In this document: piece by piece, positions 12,469 to 27,000 of the stretch
Layout of the letters: every line of letters begins with the position of its first letter
Position numbering within the stretch: the first letter of the stretch is position 1
Assembly (NCBI GenBank): GCA_045837725.1
Contig: JBEWZL010000220.1
Coordinates: 186,001-250,000, forward strand
Length of the DNA: 64,000 nt
Source of the DNA: Vermamoeba vermiformis
Taxonomy: Eukaryota
Direction of reading: 5' to 3'
Program-made: the position numbers and the translations under genes
Notes under the pieces: model-generated
Told to the model about the DNA's origin: nothing
Databases searched by the model: none
The model's input: only the letters and a program-made list of their open reading frames with translations

Positions 12469-14234
12469 ATGCATATAATGACGAGACGTACCATTAATTA
12501 CATAGCAATCAGCTTGATTCTATTCTATGCACACGTCGTAGCCGAACTTCCGGTACGTTTAACGAATCTATTTGCAATTTATCGGTGCTCTATAGAGCAA
12601 TTAATTTTCATATCAATGATAATGTAATTTTTACGTAATTAGTAATTCAAATCAAGCTACAACGTTGAAATACTAACTATTATTCCGCGTGTCGGATCAA
12701 TTCCAATCGCTTTTCGCTCTTCTTTGGCTTACCTAACCCTTTCCTATCATAGATATATAAAATCTCAGAACTTACATCAGAGTCGGCCTCCTTAGCACTT
12801 CAAGTTCAAAATGGAGTCGCATCCGGAGGTGATTTTGTAATGCTACTAGAAAGTGGCCCAATGCTAGCTATTTTCAAGAAGAATAGCGATGGAATGTACT
12901 TACGCTTTGCTGGCAAGCTCCTCCAAGATCTCTCGTGCAGCATTTCAACGAATGGATATTGGTTCGCTCTTTCGCAAGGCAACTCCTTTGCGATCTTCAG
13001 CCTAGATGAGGCTGGAAATTTCATCCAAGAGACTCAAATCAGCGAGTCTGCGCATATCCATAAGCTCTTCGTAGCATCTGACAATACTATTACACTTTTT
13101 AGAGGAAATGAATTGGTCACGTACCGGATCAACACCAATAGCTCAACGTGGGAGGCTATTGCAACAACGCCAGTCAATGTAGCTATTTCATTATGTGGAT
13201 ACCTTACCGACACAAACTTCGCTGGAGTTGATGTATATCGAGGCATAGTCACACTTTACACTCGTCAAGCCGATGGATCTTGGACCAACTTTGACAGCTT
13301 TACCTACGATCCCAGTGCTATCCGTGATATCTCAGCAATTGCTTGGACGGGCAACACTGTCATCTTGACCAAGTTAGTACCTTGTTCAATGTATGGCGTG
13401 ACATACGTCTTCACCAAAGACAACGGACATTGGATTCGAGTCTTGACCGGCGGCGCTAGCGAGATCAACTTGCCACTTGGAGTGCGCCTGATTAAAGCTG
13501 ACGTGTTAATGATTGACGAGACGACAGCTTACGTCTCAGTACTCGTACCTGCTCCTCGTCCTCCAGCAGAGCCAGATGACCTTCCTCGCCCGAGCCATCG
13601 TCGTAACACACAACGTGAAACTTCTCCGCCCGTCATTGGATCCGTGTTTTTGCTTCGTAAAGTGAACGCAGAATGGACCTACCAAGCAAAAATTGTACCG
13701 CCTCTCGAACAAACTATGGAGTTTGGTGCTGCTATTGTTGAGACCGCTGACAACCATCTCTTCTACGGCTGCGAATTGCAAATGAACAGTCCTCCTGCTT
13801 GCGGCTTCTTCTCACTAGGCCCCTGCTACGCGGATCCAGTCGAAATTACCTGCGAAGACGTCATTATTCAAAACTGCAGTAGTCTCACTAGTGACGTTAA
13901 CATCGACTTACTATACACCCTCAACAATCCTCAGTGCGGCAAGCCTCTCGGTGTCATGTACAGCGTCATCTCGGTCACTGAGCGCACACAAGAGTATTCG
14001 TTCTTCCTCTACAAGCCCTTCTCGCACGATGTAGCCAGCTGCAACATGACCGCGACGTGTCCAGTGCCCATCATCTCCGTTCAAAGTCCTCCTATTGCTG
14101 CTCCGAGCATTGCGCCTGGGGCAATTGCTTCTTCACCGATGGAAGAATCTGAAATGGTTAGCAGCGCAGACAAAATTGCTGCTGCCGTCAGTTTGGTATT
14201 GGCGATGAGTATTGTATGTAGTACTCTTTTGTAA
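12469..14234 (+). CDS. Secreted, probably GPI/TM-anchored beta-rich (propeller-like) surface protein, 2 exons
   Basis: Signal exon 12469-12552 splices in frame into the 464-aa ORF; repeated ..Y.R..DGSW.. strands; Cys-rich then Pro/Ser stalk; hydrophobic C-terminus. Confidence 0.6.
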
Positions 14235-14364
14235 TTATTTGTTTTTTTTGCATTGCTTGTATATAAAATCTCCATTATTTTTGAATTTTTATATGGTTTA
14301 TTGTTATTTTTTAACATAAAATAGAATATATTACACTAATAAACAAAATCGCAAATAAAAAAGC

Positions 14365-17300
14365 TTATTTCTTAGCCTTTTTTACCACTTTATCGCCGCT
14401 CGTGCTGGCTGTAGCATCAAACTCGTCGAGCTTTCGTTTCGCAGACGGACTTTGTCGTTCAACTTCGCCAGATCCGTTAACTGCGTTTTCGCCGTTTCCT
14501 CCGTCCATAGCCATAGCACTAAAGTTCAGCGACCTCCTCGCAGAGTTCAACTCAGTACGAGTGTTCACTGACTTGTTGATCTGATCCAGATCTTTCACTG
14601 GACTAACACCAAACTGATAAATAGCGGGTGTGTTGTGCTGCTGTGTTTTTCGCGTGTTCAACGACAGCGGAGTTTTCATCGGGGAGATAACCAAATTTTG
14701 AACCTTTTGCGGCGATTTCTAGATAGAACGTTAGGACCGATGATTAATAGTATATGCCTCGTATAATACTTACTTGTTTAAATGGGCTTGCCATAGCCAA
14801 GAACTTGGTGTTGTCGTCTTGGATCGGCCTCGTGTCCGCTTCAGAGGTCTTAAATTCTACAATAACTTTCTCAACTGAGGGAATAAATACAGCATTGTAG
14901 AACTTGATGATATCGCCGGTAGCATTATCGTTAAGCAAGACTACTCGGTAAACCTGAGTAAACGGATGTGTCAGATCGAGATGCGGATTTGAAACGAACT
15001 TCAGTAAGTGTTTTGAACGGCACTTACTCTTGTGTTAGCTTGAGGCTGCTTCATGTACTTCTCGATGATAATTCTGAACGTCACTTCGATTCGGTTCAGT
15101 TTGCAAATGCCGTACAGAGTGCACATGATGATCTGATCTATGTGTCTGTTCTTGAAGATCTCGGGGTGCTCTAGAGTGATCTTGATGAATGCCATTTCGA
15201 TTTGCTTCTCTGTTCTATCACCAAGCTTAGTCTTCATCTCCGGGCTTTCATTCAGATCCAAGCACAACTTGCGGATGCGCAGTGCTGCCAGATGCGCAAC
15301 TTTGCGAACAAAATACTACGTAAGGAGAATATTAATACAACTGTCATAGTTATATATACCGTTGACTTGCGTACCTCAAACGAAGAAAAGCTACTGTTCT
15401 TGGCTGGTGAGCTGGGAGGCTTGCTGATCGGCGATGAAAACACCTGGCACGCAGAGTTAGCAGGCTTTGAAGGCGTGCCAATCTCTGATAATCGGTGCAA
15501 TAACATCTCGCGTTGTTGTTTCTCGCCAATTAACTGATACACTGGCGAGTTTTCTTCCCACGCCAATTGTTCTAAGATCTTCTCTTCAATATTGATCAGC
15601 TCTTTGACAATCGGTCGAGGTAACTAAAAAAAAAGACGGTCAGATCGGGTCCAATGCATGTGTTCGATCATCAAATATGAAGTTCACAACTTACAGTCGG
15701 CTCGTGGCGAACAACAGTCTCGACGATCTTTAAGAAGTCAAAGGTCTTCAGTTCAAAGGCGTTAGGCACAGCAGGGAACTGAAGCTCGGTGACTTTGTGT
15801 ACGGCAGCCACGATCTCAATGCAGCAAGCCAACAAAGACTTGTGGAACTTTTCGTTGTTCAACAGAGTAGAGAAGTTGACAGGGTTGTCGTCTTTCTTCA
15901 AGCGGGCCTCTTCGGATCGCAGGATCTCTTCGAGGATTTTATAATACAATTTGACGGCAATCTGTTTACGGCCCTCACTGTCGTTAGGGAAAGAAATCGA
16001 TTCTATACATAAATCAGGTTAGCAAAACTGCAAATTTGACGCGCCAAATGGCAACGTTCCATTAAATAAAAGGAAATTCTAAAAAATTAATTGTAACTTA
16101 CTCATTAACGAGGTGATTCTATTCTCGATAGCGCTCTTGATGCCAGGCGATGAGTTATTAAAGTACGTGGTTAACGAATCGGTAGGACCATCAGGTTGAT
16201 TTTTGACGGTCGTTTGAAGCCATCCAACAGTTGTCAAGAACGCCTTCGTGGGAGTCATCATATTCTGAGGTGTGCGGAACTTTACGTCCTCGACACTAAC
16301 GGGCTTATTTACAGTCAGTCGATGAGCAGAAGGGGTCGTTGGATTTGGTCTTGACGGGGATTGCAGTTGCGGATCGTACTTCAAAAACAGACGCTCGTCA
16401 AAGTCGCAACTAGCGTAGTGAATGAACTCGTACTCTGCCCACTATCGGTTAAAAAAAATAAATTAGTTTCTTGGGACCGGAAATTGAAAGCGAATTTGAG
16501 CGCGAGAAAATGCAAAGACTTTGCTGGTCGCGTAATTAACGTACCATTTTCTTCGAGTTTTGGTCGAGATTTGTGTCAAGCAAGCCGCCTAAGTAGTAAG
16601 ATTGCGACAATGCTGCATTTGTAGGGATCTTTGCGGGTTGATACGCGATCTGTTGGGCAGACTAGTCGAATGTCAGAAATAAGTCTTACTTTGCATGAAT
16701 CGTTTGTCGTACCGTTAAGCTGTCCATAAAAGGTGTAAAGATTCGCTGGCGGAACTGACGAACTTGTTCGGGGTTTGCAGAATTGTTGCCGCAAATGTAC
16801 TTCAGGGTGTCCAATTGACCGGCTGCCATCGTGTTGCTATCTTTAGCTTCTCGTAATAAATCACATTTAGTACACTGCTTGCCGAGCTTACTTAAGTCAT
16901 ATCATAATTACCTGCTATCTCGGCAATAGGCACTCGTCGTTCATTGTTAGGCATGTGTACGAACAACAGATCCACGCAGCACAACAGTAAATGTAAGGCT
17001 TCAATAAGATCTGGAGGGTTACCAAGAACTTTTCCTAGAATTTCAAAGGATGTTAATATCTTGATAGGATCCTAGGATTTGATTTTCAAGCGAGTAATTT
17101 TGCTGGTTGCGTAGCGCGCGCTCTCGGGTGCACTACTTACCTTTAGAAACAATAAACAAAGTCCAGCCAAATCTGAATATTTTTTCGATCTCGGCTTCTT
17201 TCTTTTTCTTCTTAGGATCAATACTAAAATGACGGAAAAGTTAGCTCCATCTGTGATCGGAAAATCAAGATGTGAACTTACTTGGTTATTTTTTCTCGTT

Positions 17301-18122
17301 TAAACAAGGACTCGAACAATCTTTCGTATTTTTCAAATAATAGGCGCATTAACAGATATTTTCTTTCCAGCTGATTAGCTTTGTCCATGGCACTAGCAGG
17401 CAAGCCCAACTTGGCAATGAAGTGCTTCAAGGGTTCAAAAAAGTCCAATAATCTACGGAAATAAAAATATTTGATTAATACGGAGAACCGCCAATTGTGA
17501 ATATTGCCCATCCAAAAACACAAAAGTAACGCCGAATCTAGCTATATTTTGGTTATTCACCAGAAAACTGATAATTTGACCATATTTAAATAAAGAACAC
17601 GCATTTCGATAATCATGAGAAGCCTGCATAGGGAATTTCACTAATAAATAACTTTTGGCGGTAACTCTTGATCAAGCAATGTAAAGCTCGTGTAGTCCTA
17701 CTTACTTAATGTTTACGTGTCTTAAAAGTTGTGAAAGCGATAAATAACTTCCTACGGACACTCCTGCAATGCCTTTGCTTGCCACAAGGAACAAAGCGCA
17801 TATGATCGACGTTTTGGCATTTTCGTTGGTCTAAAATGAAAGTATTGGATTAAAACGATGTATAAATACGTATTAAATTAACTATAACGACAATTAATGC
17901 GTTTTGTATGCATACGAATTTACAATAAATACATACCGCCGTATCTAAATTGTAAAATTGTTCTAGCAAGGTTGTGGCAGCCTTTTGTGAGTCTTCATCG
18001 ATATTCAATGCGTGACATATGTCTTTAAATTGCTTATGAAGGTCTTCGAGGGTTATTGGGGTCGGGTTCGCCTCGCGCTTTTCTGATGAAAGCACGGGTG
18101 CACTAACATTAGCTTCTGACAT
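14365..18122 (-). CDS. Retinoblastoma-family pocket protein, multi-exon
   Basis: DFDERLFL; pocket A LYYKILEEILRSEEARL, FHKSLLACCIEIV, FDFLKIVETVVRHE, LAWEENSP; pocket B RHIDQIIMCTLYGICK, GDIIKFYNAVFIP; many SP/TP CDK sites. Confidence 0.92.
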
Positions 18123-18416
18123 TTATATACTGCCAAAAATTATTGCTAATGTTATTGGAGGATTTCCCCTCACTAGTTGCTGTCTATCGAAGTGTTCAAG
18201 AGAGAAAAAGCAGAGCCCGCCATTTTTACCCGCGCAAATCGTCCAGGGTCCCTAGATTTCCTTTTTAGTTTTCGAACCTAAATCAGAGTGCAGTACCACG
18301 CAATGTAATGTGCAAGCATACCCGAACATAATTGTTTACAACAACTAGTGGATTTGGTCGTGAGAGATTTGTTGCACGAAATATATTTACATTTATTTTC
18401 GGAAGATCTTCTCGGC

Positions 18417-21347
18417 TTAGTTCTGCGGCCGTTCTTTGCTCCACTCAAAGTACCTTTCAAAAGCAGCTTCAAAGTGCCCACGTTTGGCTGGCTTCGGAAT
18501 GAAATCCTTCATCCCAACTTGGATTCTGCTCTTGCTTCCCCTCTTCGGCATTATTAGAGGCCGTTAATGCGACGATGTAGGGCTCGGGAAGTTTGTTCGC
18601 TAGGAGGTGCTCGCGAATCTTGCGAGTGACTTCGAATCCGTCCATATCAGGTAGCTTTTGAGAAGGGTATTAGCATGATATCTAACACGCACGTAATTTC
18701 AAATTGATTCTTACCCAAATATCCATAAAAATAACGTGGTATAGATTACTTTTTGCCTTCTCGATCGCTGAACTACCATCGCACGCTGTATCAACCTGGC
18801 TAAGTCCCATCTTTTGCAAAAAATATAATACAACGCGTTGATTGACTTGATTGTCTGAGGAGAGAAACCAAGTTAGTTTCAGATCAAGGCAGATCAACAG
18901 ATCGCGCACGTGCTCGTACCTTCAACTAATAGGACTTTAACATTTTGAAGAGCAGGATTGATGGTGCCCGACACGATCTCGGTATCAGAAGGCCTCCGTT
19001 GGAGTTTTGTTGATGCAGGAGGTGGAGCCTTAAGGCCCAAGTTGACTTCTCGCACGGGTAGGCTCCCGTTAGAAGATCCGTTAGTAGATCTACTATTTAC
19101 AAGCGCGCGAAATTTAGAATTTTCGGCAAGGTTTGGGTTTTTCGCGTATATATTCACATTAGGACCTAGTTGGCCCAAGCTACCACCTAAGAAGCAAAAG
19201 GTCAGTTCCTGAGTAGTTAGATCTAATGCCCTGCTACGTACTTCTATTGCCATGTTCGGCGGGCTCAGCGCCGACAACGAAGTGAAATTGTGAGCCTTGA
19301 TTTTGTTCACTTTCGACCCAGATGCAGCCGTCCATCATCTCGCAGAGGCGTTGACAGATAGCCAAGCCTAGGCCCGTGCCACCGTACTTGCGAGTGGTTG
19401 ACACGTCAGCTTGCACGAACTCTTTGAACAACTGATCTATTCGGTCTTTCGGGATGCCAATGCCCGTGTCCTTCACAACAAAGTGGTAATAGAACCTCCT
19501 TCGCAAGTGGTCCTCTTCTTCTGCTGTGTATTTAGGACTGTCTTTGGACTCCTCAGAGTCGTCATGTTCCATTAACAGATCTTGCAACGTTGCTGGCGCG
19601 TGTCGCTTTGACCGGTGTTGCTCTTTGAGCGTAACGACTTCTTTGTGCGGTATTTGACAAATGCTCACGGAGACTGTTCCGTCTTTGGTAAACTTGACTG
19701 CATTTTGGCAAAGGTTCAATAAAATTTGCACGATACGCACGGGATCACTTGTGCACAATCTAATTGAATACAATAAAGTTAGAAATTGATCTTGTGATCG
19801 GCAATTTCGTGGCATAAAACGTACTTTGGGCAGTCCGTATCTCGTTCATATTTAAGTTCAATGTGCTTCTCGGCGGCTGGTTTTTGGATCAGCTTGAAAA
19901 CCATGTCCATGCTTTCATCCAAATTGACGCGGACACGATCCAATCGCATCTTGCCTTGCTCCATCTTTTCTAGGTCCTACATATATCGTTAATATGTTAT
20001 TTGCAAATAAGAATCAAAGTCCGCGTGCTCACCAAAACATCGTTAATGATGACCAACAAAAACTCGCCACATTGTTGAATAGTATTGATAAGCTCAGCTT
20101 GGGCGTCCGTTATATTCGTATCTAATAGCTGGTTCGTGAGCCCCAGGATGCCGCTTAAAGGGGTTCTGATCCTGTTAAGAATTACCAGATGAGGTTAAAT
20201 TTACCATTCACAAACCGCAGATTATTAAATCGGAAGGAAAACTTACTCGTGGGACATCGTAGTTAAATATTTAGCCTTAGCTTGTGCGAGTTTTACCGCA
20301 TTCTCGGTTGTCTTTTGTAATTCGAGTTCAATCTTGTTTTTCTCGTTGATCTCCTTTTCAAGCCGTCGGATTACCTTTAAAGACGGTCAATACACTATAC
20401 GTTAATCATGACGTATACGTACTATACTGTTCTCAATATGAAGCAGCCCGAAAGACGCTATAATTATCGTTAAAGCGCCGATCAGGAAGCAGTTATGTAG
20501 CGTGCCAATAAATTCTGTAGTAATCGGTGTTGGCATGCCAATATAATCCGAAAAATCGTCGAACAATGATAAGATATCATCCGTGAATAACCTGTAATAT
20601 AATAGTTTAGCATTACTTTGCAAACAAATTATTCCCCGAGTATCGGGGTATATTTACCTCATTAAACCGATGGTCACGCACGAGAATACCATCAATCGAC
20701 GATCATCTTTAACCGAGATCCCAAAAAGACCGCCAAAGCTGCTGGCATAAAAAACCCATTCCTTGTATCCACCAAAAACGTAGCCCTTCGTCCAATAATA
20801 GTAGTGTAGGAAGCCATAGTAATGCATAAACATGAAGAATACTTTAGCGGCTGTAATAACAGACGTTAGCGAGGAGAAATAAAGACATAAAGATACGAAA
20901 ATGAGTTCTTCCACGCTGAGCGGATGAACCACAAACTGAAATCATATTATAATTAACGTTGTCTATATCTGTTCGTATATTTAATTGTAAATTTAGCGTC
21001 AAATGACGGACTCTTTCTACAATAAAAATTTCGTTGATCTTTTTCTAGATTCGCCAAATAATCATCCTACCTGCGAAATAGCCTTTATAATTTGACAATA
21101 AGCACAGTGCTATCCACAAAAATGTTGGTAGCATTAATACTGCAATATTCCACAGTTTGAAGTAGAGAAAAATAACTTGCATAACGAATCCAAAATAGAA
21201 AGTTATTATCACTCCTCTATTTAGATAGTGTACTATATGCCGCTGTTGTTCAGTGGGTGCATACTGTTTTCCGACTGAAAATAGCTTTAAATGCCAGTCA
21301 AGAAGCATTCTTGACCAGGTCTCATGCGTCGTCTTGCTGGATTTCAT
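18417..21347 (-). CDS. Membrane hybrid sensor histidine kinase (TM - HisKA - HATPase - receiver), multi-exon, frame break near 18540
   Basis: Spliced MSHEIRTPLSG, QILLNLCQNAVKFT, DTGIGIP, GGTGLGLAIC, VEDNQVNQ, FMDIWLPDMDG; GMKDFIPKP lies in a shifted frame. Confidence 0.9.
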
Positions 21348-21924
21348 TTATCGTCAATCGCTCGTCGGCTACCGCATAGCGGACAATAATATACGAGACC
21401 TGTCTTCGTCGATGAACGAAAAATGATAATAACCTGCTCTGGCTAAAACTTTTGTTTTCGCAATAAATCAATTACCTTTTAAGGAAATGAGTCGTGCGTT
21501 GCTCTAGGAGTTCGAGAAAATCTTATTTTGGACTTTTAGGCACTGGCCTATTAACTGGATAACAGACATCGATTTGTTGCGTCGAAGAAGATCCCGCTCC
21601 TTCAATTAATTCCTTGGCCGACAAGAATATTCTAATTATTAAATTAGTTAAATCGAGGAATATCGGTATATCAGTATAGCAAGTAGTTTAAGTAGCTTTT
21701 GTCAAATCCACTTTGTCTCCTCTGAATACCGACATTCCGCTGAGATCCGCTCAAGTTGTCTAGTCGTGGCAAACTTACCTCCGCCGATGGAGTTAAATTC
21801 TAACACTATATATACGTTACAATTATTGTGAAATTGCGGCCACCAAAAGGGAGCTGAGTTCAGTGCTGCCCTTGTTCATTCATGAACTTAATTTGACAAC
21901 ACAATAACATCAAAAAGGTGATTG

Positions 21925-23183
21925 ATGCTATCGAGGGAGTTATTTAGACGATTTTGCTCGGTGGCAGAGGTACGATTAGTGCGGTTATAAACGAAATCCG
22001 GAGTTTTTTACAAGCAAGTTGTAATTTTAATGAAAAATTACTGCTATTTGTAAAAATGCTGATTTAATAATATTTAATATAGAGGAGCTATGCCCAGTCA
22101 TCACAGCCACGCGCCCGATTTTTCCAACGGTTTCAAAGCGCTCATCTGAAAAATACACCTAATCCAAAGAACAGAAATTCATTTTTCAGGAGGTACACTA
22201 CTGAAGGACCTAATAATGCACAATCATCGAAGAGGGCAGAACAAATTTCAAAAAAGAATCGCGATCTCGCGATGTATTCAGCAGCGGCGCTCCTCGGTTT
22301 TGTAGGAATTTCTTACGCAGCAGTGCCCTTATATCAAATGTTTTGTCAAATAACTGGTTATGGTGGCACAGTTCAAGTTGGAAGTAAGTAATTAATAGGC
22401 TTTGTAATCGTATTTCAGATCTCGCTATGGCACGCGATCTGATCGGCCTAAAATTTTGTAGATATTATTTGTTACCGTTTTCGACCATACTTTATTATTA
22501 AGGTTGACAGTCGTAAGACCTATGCACTATTTCTTAATTGAACATATAATTACCAAGCCAGATCTAACGTTGTATTTTGAACAGCTAAGAAAGAGCCCCG
22601 AATGGTTCCTAAAAAGGAAATCACCGTCAGATTCAACGCAAATGTCATTGATCGACTGCCGTGGTCATTTGTGCCGTCACAGAACGAAGTTGAAGTCGTG
22701 CCTGGTGAAACTGTCTTGGCGTTTTATAAAGCCGAAAACAAATCCGAGACACCTATTATTGGTACGGAGTTACTACACATACGTGATAAGATATATATGC
22801 AAGTTATTAATATGGCTATGATGTAGGTGTGGCTACATATAATGTGACTCCTATGAAGGCTGGTGCGTATTTTAACAAAGTCCAATGTTTTTGCTTTGAA
22901 GAACAACGATTAGGTATGGCATCATACGCTTAATATATCAATATAAATATACTATAGTGATCATTATATACTTATATTTGCTTATATAGAGCCGCATGAG
23001 GTCGTGGATATGCCGGTATTTTTCTTCTTGGATCCTGAAATGCTGAACGACCCTCAAATGCGTGACGTGAATGAACTGACCTTGTCTTATACATTCTTCC
23101 CCTCAAACGATCAAAATTTGTATTTAGAAGATCAAACACAATTACAGAATGGTTCCGTGGCTACATCCGCTGCATCCCAGTAA
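21925..23183 (+). CDS. COX11: Cytochrome c oxidase copper chaperone COX11
   Basis: Arg-rich mitochondrial presequence exon, [59 protein letters not shown]. Confidence 0.95.
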
Positions 23184-23575
23184 CAAGTTTAAGAAATGTA
23201 AATAAATAAGTATTCTTGATAGCTAGTGACAGTATATGTTTTATAGATAGAACACTTAGTGGTGGCCTCGCTATTACTGCTGCTAGATCTGTTCACACAA
23301 GCCACGCGCCAGTGTTGGCGAATTATTTGACAGGCTGGCAATTATTGAACATTGAAAAAATCTTTTGCTATGTTGTCTTTAACTAGAAGTAGTAGTCGCA
23401 ACACTAGACAGTGTTCCTTTAATGACCCTGCTGACGCTTAACATTTAAGGTAAAGAATCGGATCCCGACTCCGAAATTGACAGAGGCACGCTGTCGCATA
23501 ATTTTTAATATTATGGTGTCAAAATTTTATTGTTAACGTATTATTTTTATTATAGTGGTTTACTATAAGGACGCT

Positions 23576-26500
23576 ATGTTCCGTAGGGTAGTGATTTTGA
23601 TTTCACTTTTAATTATTTCGGATGCTTACTGCAACGTTATAATTAAAACCTCCTCACTATCAGTCCCTAGAAATACAATGTCTTCCATTCAAGTAGGAAG
23701 AAAGGCTTATTTTGTTGCCGGTTTCACTTACGACGGAGTTGGATCGGATGTAATTGACGTTTTTGACTTAACCACAAATCAATGGAATGGAACAATCATT
23801 ATAGAAAATTCAACTCGAGCTGCTGTAACGACTGTATCGAATGGCACGCACTTGTATCTGATTGGTGGCTATGATTATGTGAACCAACCCTATCTTTACA
23901 ACACGGCTAAACACGCGATGGTCCAAATGGTGAAGAGTGGTCAAACTGTGCGCGATGTATCCGGATTGGCTATATTTGGATCAACTGGTATTGTTATTGG
24001 AAGAGTCACTGCCAAACAGACCAGATCTATCGACTTTTTGGATTTGACAAATGGAACTTGGAGCTTTAACCGAGAGTTAACGCAAACATTAAGGAATTTA
24101 GCTACCGAACAATGGGTTTTCAATGTAGACAAATACATCTATATTGTTGGCACACTCAGAAATTCAACAGACACTTCGCACTCAACAGTTTGGAGATTCG
24201 AGATCGACACTCAAAAGCTGGCGAGATATGACAACGCTGCGTTTTATTATTCATCACTACAATCGCACAGTTATAATTATAACAATGGCATTGTCGTGAT
24301 GCAGCAAGCCACTCAGATTTTGGCCAACCAAATTTCAAGCGACAAATTCTTTTCTCTGACGATTGATACCAAACTCATTGGAACTTCATCACTGCCAGAA
24401 AAAACATTTGTATTTGACAACTCAGGCTATTTTATAATAGACTGGCCTTCAGAAAATTCGACCCGGATCGATCAGATCGACATCTACTTCACATTTGGAG
24501 GACCTGGCTATGCAGTCTATTGTCAGACTTTAACTGCAACGACATCTAATGTGTGTTTATATACAACTGGCAATTCTCAAGTAACTTGTTCGGCAATGGC
24601 AATATCTGGCGTCAACCAACAGCTAGCACTTGGATCAACTAAAAATCTGTTATGTAGCAATACGAACATTTACTTATACGATAGTTCAAGTCACTCCGTC
24701 ACCCCCTTCGCAGAGACATTTCAAAGTGTTTCGAAAGTTCTTTTGTCCGGCAACAATTTCTTCGTCTTTGACACGCAGAGCAACGGAACAATTTTCATGC
24801 ACACTTACACCTATGTCTCCGGCAACACTTTCGACCACACAAGTAGCACGGCTGCATGGGTACCCAATGCTATAGTAGGAAGCGACTTCATTTCTACGAC
24901 AGCAGCTGTCGTTGGTTTGAACTTGAATACTCAGGACAGCGTGGCACTTTCGCTGCCGACAAATGGCCTCAGTGCTTATTCAAAAGACTACTTTTTCTCG
25001 ATGAAATCACAAAGCGACAAAACATTTTTCAGCCAGATCGATGTTTATAGCCTCGAGGCACAGCAATGGCAAGAATTAATTATTCCGCCTTTCACTTTCA
25101 CGACGTTCGGATACACCCGTGCTGCAGTGTTGGACAATCGCATTGTGATGTGGTTTCAGACATCACTTTGCATATACGATCTTAGCAGTGGAGAATGGAC
25201 GGAAAATCTTCCCGCGCCCGTGGATGTGTTTGCAGAACCAAATGACGCGTTGACATGTAATGAAAATAGGTGACACTTGTCACGTGATTGTCAATATTTA
25301 GTGACGTTACAAGTCGTCATTATTTGGTGACCTTCCTATAATAAATATACACGCTATTTTCCTTACAGACATTAGAATGGCCAGTGATTGTAATCAATTC
25401 AACGGCGTTGTTAAGAGCCCAACTGGAGAAGCAATTCTTTTGGTTCCAATTACCAAACAATTGGACGAGCATTGACCCCGCACTACTGGTCCCAGATGGC
25501 AATTATTTGTACCAGTACTACGTGCACAACGACGTTATCTACGTAATTAGCAACAACACTGCTGCCGAGCTGCCTTATTCGCAGATATTTTATTACAACC
25601 TGAATGATCGGTCGTGGGAAAACCTTATCCTTCCTGTTGGCCAAACAACACCGACAGTCATGGCATTGGTCAATAATTCTTTAGCTTTCCTTGGCGACAA
25701 ACTGCTACAGACTTATCATATTCCAACGAAGACATGGAGCCAAGAAAAACTGTCGCAAACTGTGATATTTTCAACTGTCTTAGTGAACGACCAAGGCACT
25801 GCTATTGCGGCTGGTGGAACTTTGAATGACGAGCCTACAGACATCGTTTATATACTTACTGATGATGGCATTGAGCCTGACGCACCGCTCACAGCTCCTT
25901 CAACCGGTAGCGGGCCAAGCAGCTCCGTCACCTCGCCTTCAACAGGCACTCCCGGGGTGTCAAGTTTATCAACTGGCGAACTTGCTGCTGCTATTGTAGT
26001 GCCCATCGGAGTCGCAGTGATTGCTGGAGTGCTTATTGCAGTGCTATTAAGTCGCCGAAACAAACGAAGAAGAGCTGCTGGCACCATGACCATGACAGGC
26101 CTTGAAGCCAAGTACGGTGACTGGTACACACCTTTCAGCGACATCACGTTCGGTCAGCAGCTCGGTCAAGGCGCGTCTGGTCAAGTCTTCGAAGGTACTT
26201 GGAAGAGCACAAAAGTAGCGCTGAAAGTGAGCTCGACACAAGCGAACCAAACGGTGATCAGCGAACTCGAACTGATGATCAAACTGAGACCTCATCCGAA
26301 TGTCGTACAACTTTTTGGCTTCAGTGTACATCCAGAGACGCACAGTGTCATATTGATCCTCGAGCTGTGCAATCAAGGATCGTTAGATTCGACCCTGTAC
26401 GACACTAAGAAAGACTTTTCTATGAAACAAAAGTTGACGTGGCTCGTTGGCATCAGCAAAGGTCTCAGTCATCTCCATTCGAACAACATTGTGCATCGAG

Positions 26501-26980
26501 ACGTTGCAGCACGTAATGTCTTGTTACATCAAGGCGAGGCAAAGATAACAGATTTTGGCATGAGCAGACTGATTGACGAACAAAAACAACATGGTACGAC
26601 AAAATCTGAACTCGGTCCTATTCGTTGGATGGCACCTGAATCTCTCAAAGTGAAACAGTACTCTTCTAAATCAGGTAAGCGCCGTGTCTTTGCAAAAATT
26701 CGTTGGTGACACTTTGACACGTTGATGACACATTTTGTTCACAGATGTCTGGTCATTTGGTATTCTCATGTATGAGGTTATTGTTCAAGAAGAGCCGCAT
26801 ATAAAAGCAGATGCGATCGAGATTGGACGACTGATCCGGGATCAAGGAGTGACACCTTCAATTCCGTCGTCATGTCCTGCTGAACTTTCGACACTGATGA
26901 AAGAATGCTGGAAATTGAATGCAGAACAACGCCCAAAAATTGATGATATCGTCAGCACACTTGAAAATATTAACGCATAA
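23576..26980 (+). CDS. Receptor-type protein kinase with kelch/beta-propeller ectodomain and tyrosine-kinase-like catalytic domain
   Basis: Signal peptide; kelch-like LYLIGG, IAAGG, W..L repeats; TM AIVVPIGVAVIAGVLIAVLL; GQGASG, VALK, HRDVAARN, DFG, PIRWMAPE, DVWSFG; splice at 25255-25370 uncertain. Confidence 0.88.
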
Positions 26981-27000
26981 GAATGTTTATATACGGATCG

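Noticed and set aside
16576-16700. Apparent in-frame TAG in the Rb gene
   Set aside because: It disappears when the upstream GTACG donor near 16711 is used; downstream phases then fit
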